DNA of 64,000 bases from NCBI GenBank assembly GCA_044866005.1, contig JBIOTN010000175.1:6330-70329 (forward strand). Direction: 5' to 3'. The translations under genes and the position numbers were made by a program. Source of the DNA: Candidatus Rokuibacteriota bacterium. GTDB lineage: Bacteria; Methylomirabilota; Methylomirabilia; Rokubacteriales; DASRDR01. This document shows positions 55,811 through 63,577 of this stretch, piece by piece (the stretch's first letter is position 1; every line of letters begins with the position of its first letter). The notes beneath the pieces were generated by a model. The model searched no databases, was not told where the DNA came from, and worked only from the letters and a program-made list of their open reading frames with translations.

Positions 55811-56131
55811 GTGGAGCAAACGACGTTCCAGGCCCGCCTCGCTGCCTGCCGGGGCGTCCCCTCCGACGCCCTTCCTACACACCGACGATCACCCTCGCGC
55901 AGCCTGCCTGCGGGAGCGACCGACACCACGGTGCGGCTCAATCGGGTGCACGACAACGCCCTGGGCGGGATCCAGGTCGGCGAGGGCGGCACCGGAAACC
56001 TCTTGCAAGCCAATCGGGCGCGCCAGAACGGCGTGTACGATCTGGCGGACTTCCCACCCGGCCCCTGCGCTCTCAACACATGGAAGGCCAACCGCGGCAC
56101 ACATCTCCTGGATGGCTGCGAGACGGGCTGA
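55811..56131 (+). pseudogene. possible C-terminal fragment of a right-handed beta-helix repeat protein
   Basis: VRLNRVHDNALGGIQVGEGGTGNLLQANRARQNGVYDLAD looks like pectate-lyase-type beta-helix rungs. There is no credible N-terminus or RBS. Confidence 0.25.
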
Positions 56132-56242
56132 GCCCCTGCTCCTGTGTGACCGGCAGGCCAACAGACGGCCCCCTTGGCGACGCCGCATCCTCGCGGCCCT
56201 GCACACGTCCCGGGCTTTGGGCTACAATAAGGCGCGAAGGCC

Positions 56243-56509
56243 ATGCCGGACGCCTACCGCGAGTTCGAAGCCGAGAGCCTGTTCTGCCCGCGCTGCCGGC
56301 GGGCCGTGGCCGTGCGGAAGAAGCTCCTCCTCGTCCTGCCGACCGGCAACAAGTACGACTACGTCTGCCAGCAGTGCGGGACGCCGGTCGGCGGGAAGCT
56401 CGACCACGACTCCACCGCGTTCCGGCAGACCTCGCAGGCCGCCGTCGCGGCGGCTCGGCGCGCGCCGCCGCCCGAGCGTCCCACGCGGCCGCGTCGGCCC
56501 ACTCCCTGA
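56243..56509 (+). CDS. small zinc-ribbon protein (CPRC...CQQC)
   Basis: 88 aa with two CxxC pairs 28 residues apart and a Pro/Arg-rich tail. Confidence 0.5.
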   Translation: MPDAYREFEAESLFCPRCRRAVAVRKKLLLVLPTGNKYDYVCQQCGTPVGGKLDHDSTAFRQTSQAAVAAARRAPPPERPTRPRRPTP

Positions 56510-56522
56510 CGCGGAGGTCGCC

Positions 56523-56915
56523 ATGCCCAGGACCACCCAGCTCGTCCTCAGCCTCGCCTCGAAGCCCGGCGTCCTCGCGCAGGTCGCCTCGACGCTCGCC
56601 CAGGCCGGCGTGAACATCACGGCCATCTGCGCGGGCGAGGCCACCGGCGGCCGCGGCAAGATCCGCCTCCTCGTCGACAATCCGGCCCGCGCCACCGAGG
56701 CGCTCAAGGCGGCGAAGCTCCGGGTGGGCGAGGAAGAGGCGCTGACCGTCACCCTCGACAACCGCCCCGGCAGCCTCGCCGAGGTCGCCGAGCGGCTCGG
56801 CCGCGCCCGGGTCAACGTGAAGTGCGCCTACGCGACCACCCAGGGCGGCGGCCCGGCGCTCGTCGTGCTCTCGGTCTCGAACGCGGCGAAGGCACAGGCA
56901 GCGCTCGGCGGGTAG
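56523..56915 (+). CDS. tandem ACT-domain protein
   Basis: Two ACT-like modules of about 60 aa (LVLSLASKPGVLAQVASTLAQAGVNI..., LTVTLDNRPGSLAEVAERLGRARVNV...). Confidence 0.75.
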   Translation: MPRTTQLVLSLASKPGVLAQVASTLAQAGVNITAICAGEATGGRGKIRLLVDNPARATEALKAAKLRVGEEEALTVTLDNRPGSLAEVAERLGRARVNVKCAYATTQGGGPALVVLSVSNAAKAQAALGG

Positions 56916-56923
56916 GGCGCCCG

Positions 56924-58531
56924 GTGGCCGGGGCGCGCGAGGGCGCCGAGGCAGGCCGCGCGCGCGCCTATCACGAGGCGACGAAGCACTCGTGGCAGAG
57001 CGTCCGGGCGAGCGAGCACGTCCTCGACTGGGCGAACAAGCCCTTCCTCTTCAAGGTCTATCCTGACGCGCCGGCCGTCCCGCTGCCGCGCGATCTCCCG
57101 GCGCCCGAGATGCCCGCCCTCGACGCGGTGGGGGCAGGGCCGGTTGCCGCGGCGGGCCGCGCGCTCGACCTCGGCGGCCTCGCCCAGCTCCTCTTCTTCT
57201 CGGCCGGGCTGACCAAGAAGAAGGTCTACCCGGGCGGCGAGACGATCCACTTCCGCGCCGCCGCCTCGACCGGCGCGCTCTACGAGGTCGAGGTCTACGT
57301 CGTGGCGGGCGCCGTGGCCGGCCTCGAGCCGGGCGTCTACCATTTCGGGCCGGGCGACTTCGCCCTGCGCCGCCTCCGCGCGGGCGACTGCCGGGCCGCC
57401 CTGGCCGACGCCGCGAGCGACCCCGACGCGGTCCGGCGCGCGCCCGCCTCGCTCGTCCTGACCGCCCTCTACGCGCGCAACACGTGGAAGTACCAGGCGC
57501 GGGCCTTCCGCCACTTCTTCTGGGATGCCGGGACCCTCCTCGCGAACCTCACCGCGACCGCGACCGCGGCGGGGCGGCCGGCGGCGATCCTGGTCGGCTT
57601 CGCCGATCCCGCCGTGAACCATCTCCTCGGCCTCGACCCGACCCGCGAGGGGAGCCTCGCCGTCGTGCCGCTCGGCGACGGCGCGCCGCTCCCGCCGGCG
57701 GCGCCCGCCCTGCCGCCGCTCGACCTGCCCGTCATCCCGCTCGCGGACCGCGAGGTGGACGCTCCGCTGGTCCGGGAGGCCTACGCGGCGTCCTCGCTGC
57801 CGAGCGGCGCCGCCGCGCGCGCCTGGGCCGGTGCGGACACGCCCGCCGACCCGCCGCCGTCGAGCGATCCGGCGGCGGCCCCGTTCCACGCCCTGGCCGT
57901 GACCGGCGCGGCGCCGCCGGCCTCGCTCGGCGCGACCATCCTCCGCCGGGGCTCGACCCGGGCCTTCAGCCGCGAGCCGATCGCCTTCGCCGAGCTGTCG
58001 CGAATCCTGGACGCGGCCGGCCGCCCGCTGCCGCTGGACGTCGGCGGCGCCGGGACGCCGCTCGTGCGCGTGTACCTGCTCGTCCACGCGGTGGACGGCT
58101 TCCCCGCCGGCGCCTACCGCCACGACCCCCGGCGCCGCGGGCTCCAGCTCCTGCAGGCCGGCGCGTTCCGCGCCGAGGGCGGCTACCTCTGCCTCGAGCA
58201 GCCGCTCGGCGCCGACGCCGGCGCCGTGCTCTTCTTCCTCTCGGACCTCGGGGCGATCCTCGACCGGTACGGCGATCGGGGCTACCGCGCGGTGAACCTG
58301 GCCGCCGGCCTCCTCGGGGGGCGCGCCTATCTCGCCGCGTACGCCCAGGGACTCGGCGCCTCGGGCCTCACCTTCTACGACGACGACGTGGTGCGCTTCT
58401 TCTCGCCCGACGCCGCGGGCACGGAGGCGATCTTCGTGACGGCCCTCGGCCGTGCCCACCGGGCGCCGGCGCGCGGGCTCGGGCGCATCGAGGGCCGCGT
58501 CGCGGCCCTGCGCCCGGGCGAGCACGGATGA
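56924..58531 (+). CDS. SagB-type (ThcOx-like) two-domain nitroreductase-fold dehydrogenase
   Basis: N-terminal YHEATKHS signature of SagB-type dehydrogenases. Two nitroreductase-like halves (...RRGSTRAFSREPIAF...). GTG start lies 9 nt after the ACT gene stop. Confidence 0.8.
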   Translation: MAGAREGAEAGRARAYHEATKHSWQSVRASEHVLDWANKPFLFKVYPDAPAVPLPRDLPAPEMPALDAVGAGPVAAAGRALDLGGLAQLLFFSAGLTKKKVYPGGETIHFRAAASTGALYEVEVYVVAGAVAGLEPGVYHFGPGDFALRRLRAGDCRAALADAASDPDAVRRAPASLVLTALYARNTWKYQARAFRHFFWDAGTLLANLTATATAAGRPAAILVGFADPAVNHLLGLDPTREGSLAVVPLGDGAPLPPAAPALPPLDLPVIPLADREVDAPLVREAYAASSLPSGAAARAWAGADTPADPPPSSDPAAAPFHALAVTGAAPPASLGATILRRGSTRAFSREPIAFAELSRILDAAGRPLPLDVGGAGTPLVRVYLLVHAVDGFPAGAYRHDPRRRGLQLLQAGAFRAEGGYLCLEQPLGADAGAVLFFLSDLGAILDRYGDRGYRAVNLAAGLLGGRAYLAAYAQGLGASGLTFYDDDVVRFFSPDAAGTEAIFVTALGRAHRAPARGLGRIEGRVAALRPGEHG

Positions 58532-59190
58532 CCCGGCGCCCCGCGCTCGGCCGCCTGCTCGGGCTCGGCCTCGCCCTCGCGCTCGGGTACGCGGCGACCG
58601 GCCGCGCGGCGCCCGGCGTCCCGGATCCCTCGCCCGCCACGCCTTCGGCCGCGGAGCGCCAGCGCCTGCGCGAGGGCGAGGTGGTCTACCGGAACGGCGC
58701 GGCCCCGCGCGACGGCGTCGCCGTCCCGGGCGCGCGCGGGGCCGTCGCCTTCGTTCGCGTGCCGACCGCGCCCGAGCCGGTCTGGGCGATCCTCACCACG
58801 CCGACCCGGTACCCCGAGATCTTCCCGGGTCTCCAGCGCGTCGAGGTGCTCGAGACCGGGGCCGAGGGGTGGCTCCTCCGGACCGAGGGCAAGGTCGGCC
58901 CCTTCACCTTCCGCTACCACACGTGGTACCGCGTCCGGCCGGAGGCGCGCACCATCGCCTGGCGCCTGGACGGGAGCCGGGACAACGACGTCCTCGACGA
59001 CAACTGGGGGTGGTGGCGCCTGGTCCCGGACGACGGCGGGACCCTGGTCGTCTACGCCATCGGGTCGATCCCGTCGAGCTGGCAGCCGCTGGCCGGCTTC
59101 TTCGAGCGGCGCGGCATCGTGCAGGCACTGGCCGCGCTGCGGGACGCCGCGGCCCGCCGCGCCGCGGCCCGCGACGGGGGCGCGGGGTGA
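58528..59190 (+). CDS. secreted SRPBCC (START/Bet v1-like, polyketide cyclase/dehydrase-type) protein
   Basis: The ATG overlaps the upstream stop (ATGA). Signal peptide MTRRPALGRLLGLGLALALGYAA. Beta-grip-like core (FVRVPTAPEPVWAIL...WRLVPDDGGTLVVY). Confidence 0.7.
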   Translation: MTRRPALGRLLGLGLALALGYAATGRAAPGVPDPSPATPSAAERQRLREGEVVYRNGAAPRDGVAVPGARGAVAFVRVPTAPEPVWAILTTPTRYPEIFPGLQRVEVLETGAEGWLLRTEGKVGPFTFRYHTWYRVRPEARTIAWRLDGSRDNDVLDDNWGWWRLVPDDGGTLVVYAIGSIPSSWQPLAGFFERRGIVQALAALRDAAARRAAARDGGAG

Positions 59191-59891
59191 TCAGCGTGGT
59201 CATTCCCGCCCGCAACGAAGCCCGGACGATCGGCGCGACGCTCGACCATCTCGAGGCCTGCACGCCCCCGGACGCGGCAGAGGTCGTGGTCGCCGTCGGC
59301 GGCTCGACCGACGAGACGGCGAAGATCGCCGCCCGGGCCGCGCGCGTCGTCCACGGGGACGACCCCACGCGCGCCGGGCTCCTCAACGCCGGGGCGCGAG
59401 CGGCCCGGGGGGACGTCCTCCTCTTCCTCCACGCCGACACGCTCCCCCCGCCGGACTACGTCGCCGCGATCGAGGCCGCGCTCGTCCCCCCCGCGGTCGT
59501 CGGCGGCGCGTTCGACTTCGAGTTCCAGGAGCGGGCCTGGCGCCTCGCGGCGATCTCGACGCTGAACCGCCTGCGCTGTCGCCTCACGGGCAACTTCTAC
59601 GGCGACCAGGGCATCTTCGTCCGCCGCGCCGTCTTCGACCGGCTCGGGGGCTTCCCGCGCCGGCAGCTCTTCGAGGACGTCGTCTTCTCGCAGGCGATGC
59701 GCGAGGCGGGGCAGACCGTGCTCCTCCGGGGCCGGCGCGTCCGGAGCTCCGGCCGGCGGCTCCTCGCGCGCGGCTTCTGCCGGACGATCGGTCTCATGAC
59801 GTGGCTCATCGCGCTCCACGCGCTCGGCCGGGACACCGAAGGCTATGCCGCCCGCTATCACGGCGGGCGGCCGACGGGCCCGGGCTCGTGA
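59187..59891 (+). CDS. small soluble GT2 glycosyltransferase (possibly the TIGR04283-like subfamily)
   Basis: VISVVIPARNEARTI...VAVGGSTDET...FLHADT is a GT2 A-fold. The GTG start overlaps the upstream stop (GTGA). The subfamily assignment is from memory only. Confidence 0.75.
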   Translation: MISVVIPARNEARTIGATLDHLEACTPPDAAEVVVAVGGSTDETAKIAARAARVVHGDDPTRAGLLNAGARAARGDVLLFLHADTLPPPDYVAAIEAALVPPAVVGGAFDFEFQERAWRLAAISTLNRLRCRLTGNFYGDQGIFVRRAVFDRLGGFPRRQLFEDVVFSQAMREAGQTVLLRGRRVRSSGRRLLARGFCRTIGLMTWLIALHALGRDTEGYAARYHGGRPTGPGS

Positions 59892-59929
59892 CGCCTTCGG
59901 AGGGGGCCTCGACGGCCCCCGCCGATGCC
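59891..59929. repeat. repeated intergenic element type B, copy 2
   Basis: gagggggcctcgacggcccccgccgatgcctcccccggg lies immediately 3' of the GT2 stop. Compare 50762..50800. Confidence 0.4.
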
Positions 59930-60021
59930 TCCCCCGGGAAGTGCGCCGGCACAGCCGGCGCTCGGAGCGCTCGTTCCAGAGCGCGGGGTCATTCGGCGAC
60001 TGGAGCCCCCTGCGCGGCGCT

Positions 60022-60957
60022 TCAGGCCGCGCGGGCGCCTGGCGTCGCCGGGGGCTCGCCGGCCCGGTGGACGGGGTGCCCGCCGTACTGGTTGCGCAGG
60101 AGGGCGACCGCCTTGGCGGTGGGCGAGTCGAGGTCGCGATACTGCATGAGCATGGTCTGCGAGAGCGTCACGACGGGGGTCGGGATGTCCCGCTGGAAGG
60201 CCCAGTCCACGACCCACTTGACCTCGCCCGTGTCCTCGACGTAGGGCGAGAGCCGCGCGAACTCCGGCTCCTCCCGGAGCGCCTGGCCCATCAGCTCGAC
60301 GAGCCAGCTCCGGATCACCGAGCCGTGCTGCCAGTTGTCGAAGAGGGCCGGGAGGTCGAGCGCGAAGCCGGAGCGCTGCAAGAGCTCCACGCCCTCCGCG
60401 ATCGCCTGGACCATCCCGAACTCGATCGCGTTGTGGACGAGCTTGACGAAGTGGCCGGCTCCCGAGGGGCCGACGAAGACCGCGCCGCGCGCGTCCACCG
60501 CCAGGTCCCGGAGGATCGGGAGGACGAGGTCATAGGCCGCGCGGTCGCCGCCGGCCATGAAGCAGGCCCCGTGGCGGGCGCCGCTCACCCCGCCGCTCGT
60601 GCCGACGTCCAGGAACCGGATCCCGCGCTCGGCGAAGAGGCGCGCCCGCCGCTGGGAGTCCGCCCAGTGGGAGTTGCCGCCGTCCACCACGACGTCGCCC
60701 GCCGCGAGGAGCGGTCGGAGCCCGTCGCACACGCTCTCGGTCGCGGCCCCGTGCGGCACGTAGACGAAGACGATGCGCGGCGGCTCGAGCCGCGCGGCCA
60801 GCTCGGCGAGCGACGCGGCCGCCGCGAGCCCTTCCCGGGCGAGCCGCTCGGTGGGCCCGGGATCGCGGTTGTAGCCGGCGACGCGGTGGCCTTTCTCCAT
60901 CGCGCGCCGCGCCAGGTTCGCCCCCATGCGACCGAGGCCGACGATCCCGAAGGTCAT
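60022..60957 (-). CDS. 6-phosphogluconate dehydrogenase-like NAD(P)-binding dehydrogenase (short Gnd/YqeC type)
   Basis: MTFGIVGLGRMGANLA Rossmann motif. Central GxxGxGH-type motif (VGPSGAGHFVKLVHN) is typical of the 6PGDH/beta-hydroxyacid dehydrogenase family. Confidence 0.85.
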   Translation of the reverse strand: MTFGIVGLGRMGANLARRAMEKGHRVAGYNRDPGPTERLAREGLAAAASLAELAARLEPPRIVFVYVPHGAATESVCDGLRPLLAAGDVVVDGGNSHWADSQRRARLFAERGIRFLDVGTSGGVSGARHGACFMAGGDRAAYDLVLPILRDLAVDARGAVFVGPSGAGHFVKLVHNAIEFGMVQAIAEGVELLQRSGFALDLPALFDNWQHGSVIRSWLVELMGQALREEPEFARLSPYVEDTGEVKWVVDWAFQRDIPTPVVTLSQTMLMQYRDLDSPTAKAVALLRNQYGGHPVHRAGEPPATPGARAA

Positions 60958-61002
60958 GCCTGCCTCCTTTGCCTCTGCCCGCGCGCCCGCGGCCGGCCCG
61001 CC

Positions 61003-62343
61003 TCAATCCCACATCGCGTCGAAGACGGAGCCCGCGACCGTGGGGAAGACGTAGTGCATGCCCGCCAACTCCCGCCGCGTGAGGCCGCCCCGCATCGCGA
61101 CCGCCGCGATGTGGATCAGGTCCTCCGCGCCGGCCCCCAGGACGTGGACGCCGAGGAGCCGGCCGCTCGACCGCTCGTAGACGACCTTGACGAGCCCCTC
61201 GGTCTCCGCCCGCACGCCGGCCGCCGCGCTGTCCGCGAACGGCGCGCGGCTCACCGCGACGTCGAGCCCCCGGCGCCGCGCCTCGGCCTCCGTGAGGCCG
61301 ACCTGCGCGAGGGTCGGGATCGTGAACACCGTCGTCGGCAGGAGGCCGAAGTCGACGCCGCGGCGGTTGCCCTGGAGCGCGTTCTCCACCGCGAGGCGGC
61401 CCTCGTACCAGGCGACGGGCGTGTGCTGGTGCTGCCCCGTCACGTCGCCGGCCGCGTAGACGTGGGGGGCGCTCACGGACTGGCGGTACTCGTTCACCTT
61501 GACGCCGCCGCGCTCCGTCGCGACACCGGCCGCCTCGAGGCCGAGCCGGCCGGTGTTGGGCGGGCGGCCGGTCGCGACGAGGACGACGTCGGCCCGGAAG
61601 CGCGCCGCCTTGCCGTCCACCTCGGCCTCGACCGTCCGATCGGGCGCGATCCGGCGGACCTTCGCCCCCGTGCGGACCACGAGACCCGCGGCGCGGCCCA
61701 GCTCGACCAGCGCCTCGCGGAGCTCCGCGTCCACGTGCGGGAGCACCGCCGGTCCGGACTGGAGCACCGTGACGCGCGTCCCGGCCCGGGCGAAGGCGAA
61801 GCCGAATTCCATTCCGATGAGGCCGCCGCCGATGACCACGAGCCGCGCGGGACGCGTGGTGCGGTCGAGCAGCTCGTCGCTCGTGAGCGCGCGCTCGACG
61901 CCCTCGATCGATGGACGCGCGGGCGAGGAGCCGGTCGCCAGGACGACGCGCTCGGCGGTCACCCGCCGGTCGCCGACCCGGAGCTCGTGCGCGCCGGTGA
62001 ACGCGGCCTGGCCCCGGAGCACCGCGATGCCTTGATCTTCCAGGCTCCTGGGCTTGCCCTTCGACCACTCCGCGACGAGCCGGTTCTTCCGCGCGATGAC
62101 GGCGCGCCAGTTCAGGCCGACGCCGGCCGTCCCCGTGAGCCCGAGCTTGGCGGCGTGCCGGGCCCGCCACCAGAGCTCGACGGTGCTGACCAGCACCTTC
62201 TTCGGAATTCAGCCCGTGCCGAGGCAGGTCCCCGCGAACCCGTCCTGCTCGACGATCGCCGTCCGGGCGCCGAGCTCCCTGCCCGTCCGGGCGGCCGTCG
62301 TCCCGGCGGTCCCGGCCCCGATGACCACGAGATCGTAGTCCAC
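61003..62343 (-). CDS. flavoprotein disulfide reductase (dihydrolipoamide dehydrogenase/glutathione reductase/MerA class I family) with in-frame UGA (candidate selenocysteine) at 62211..62209
   Basis: Track ORFs 62209..62421 and 61003..62196 are in the same frame, separated by one TGA. Together they read VDYDLVVIGAGTAGTT...GTCLGTG[U]IPKKVLV... The TGA occupies the position of the second Cys in the CxxxxC active-site motif GGTC(V/L)N(V/G)GC(I/V)P(S/K)K. The GTG start 62343 follows GAGGAGGG. The C-terminal HxxxP dimer motif is present (MHYVFPT). Confidence 0.7.
62182..62197 (-). other. SECIS-like hairpin (GGUGCU-GGUC-AGCACC) starting 11 nt downstream of the in-frame UGA
   Basis: 6-bp stem with an apical GGUC loop. 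The E. coli fdhF minimal SECIS is GGUUGCAGGUCUGCACC, also with a GGUC loop 11 nt after its UGA (recalled from memory). Confidence 0.55.
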
Positions 62344-62599
62344 CTGACCCTCCTCGCTCGCGGCGTCGTTCCGCCTCAGCACGGTGTCTCGCGGGCAGAT
62401 TCCGCCGCACAGGTGGCGCACTCGAACGTGAGCCGGTAGCGGCGCCCCAGCACTCGACGGCCTCCCCCGCCTACTACTCTACGATACTGCCAGAAATGCG
62501 CCGGCCTGGCCCGGACGCGCCGCGGTCGCGGCTGCGCCGCGCCGCGAGCAACAGAAGGACGTCGAGCCAGGGGCGATGACAGACAACCGGGCCGCGCCG

Positions 62600-62648
62600 T
62601 TTATTCCGTGGGGACGCGACCCGGCGCCGGGGCGTCGCACGGAATAAA
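62600..62648. promoter_or_regulatory. long near-palindrome with perfect 11-bp AT-containing arms (TTTATTCCGTG ... CACGGAATAAA)
   Basis: Lies in the divergent intergenic region between the selenoprotein gene and the NPCAAK peptide gene. The inner 27 nt are GC-rich and partly self-complementary. Confidence 0.4.
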
Positions 62649-62709
62649 GCCGGGGACTCCTCTGTTGAGGGGGCAGAGTCGCACATCGGGCGAATGGAGG
62701 TGAGGCCCC

Positions 62710-63003
62710 ATGGTTCGAGAAGTCCTGGGCACCGTGTCGGTCGCTGCGCTGCTGGCGCTCGGCGGAACGGACGCGCTGGCTCAAGCCGCGAACCCCTGTG
62801 CCGCGAAGAAGCCGGCCGCGCAGCCCGCCAACCCGTGCGCGGCCAAGAACCCGTGCGCGGCGAAGAACCCGTGCGCCGCCAAGAAGCCCGTCGCCGCTCA
62901 GATCGCGAGAGGCACGACGATCACCACGGCCAGCGCGCCGGAGGAGATCCCACGTTTTCCGCGATCCTTCGGCGCCGGGACCGGTGGCGGCGTCCAGAAG
63001 TAG
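62710..63003 (+). CDS. small secreted protein with four NPCAAK(K/N) cysteine repeats
   Basis: ATG follows GGAGGTGAGG. Signal peptide MVREVLGTVSVAALLALGGTDALA. Mature part is PCAAKKPAAQPANPCAAKNPCAAKNPCAAKKP. Confidence 0.6.
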   Translation: MVREVLGTVSVAALLALGGTDALAQAANPCAAKKPAAQPANPCAAKNPCAAKNPCAAKKPVAAQIARGTTITTASAPEEIPRFPRSFGAGTGGGVQK

Positions 63004-63098
63004 GCCTTAGCCTCCGCGGCTGTCGGGCAGGCCGGGGCGGTGCCACCTGGGCCAGCCCCGGCCTTCGCGGCCACGCGATGGGCCGCGGCGGTCCGCGA

Positions 63099-63563
63099 TC
63101 ATGGCGCGCCTGCCGCCTGCCTCGTGATCTTCTCGAAGATCGGGTCGAGCTCGGCGCCGACCCGGCGTACCTCGGGATGACCGTAGCCCCGGAGGAGCGC
63201 GGACGGCTTTCCGTAGACGAGCGTCGACGTCCGATCCGGGTTCTCGTAGACGTAGATGCGGATCGGCGCCTCGTACGCCGCGCGCGGATCCGCGTTGATC
63301 AGCCGCACGGCGAAGTCGTTGCGGAAGACGAAGAAGACCTGATTGCCCGGTAACGTCACCCCTCGGGCCGCCGCGCCCTGCTGGGCGTTGGCGCGGCAGA
63401 CCAACCCCATGCGCTGGTCCGCGATCGCCTGCTCGAGCGCGGCGGTGACCCGCTCGAAGGGCGCCGTCGAGCTGAGCACGACCGTTTCGTCCTGAGCGGA
63501 TGCCGCCGACCAGGGTCCGGCGGCGAACACCAGCGCGACGGCGAGGGATCCCGGCAGCCACAT
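63099..63563 (-). CDS. DUF302-family protein, secreted
   Basis: Signal peptide, then a domain (...ERVTAALEQAIADQRMGLVCRANAQQGAAARGVTLPGNQVFFVFRNDFAVRLI...) matching DUF302 proteins, as I recall them. Confidence 0.7.
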   Translation of the reverse strand: MWLPGSLAVALVFAAGPWSAASAQDETVVLSSTAPFERVTAALEQAIADQRMGLVCRANAQQGAAARGVTLPGNQVFFVFRNDFAVRLINADPRAAYEAPIRIYVYENPDRTSTLVYGKPSALLRGYGHPEVRRVGAELDPIFEKITRQAAGAP

Positions 63564-63577
63564 ACGACACCTCCGTC

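Noticed and set aside
62209-62211. The TGA splitting the disulfide-reductase gene read as a nonsense mutation (pseudogene)
   Set aside because: Not favoured, because the stop replaces precisely the catalytic Cys codon and is followed at the canonical distance by a GGUC-loop hairpin. It remains the alternative if no Sec machinery exists in the genome.
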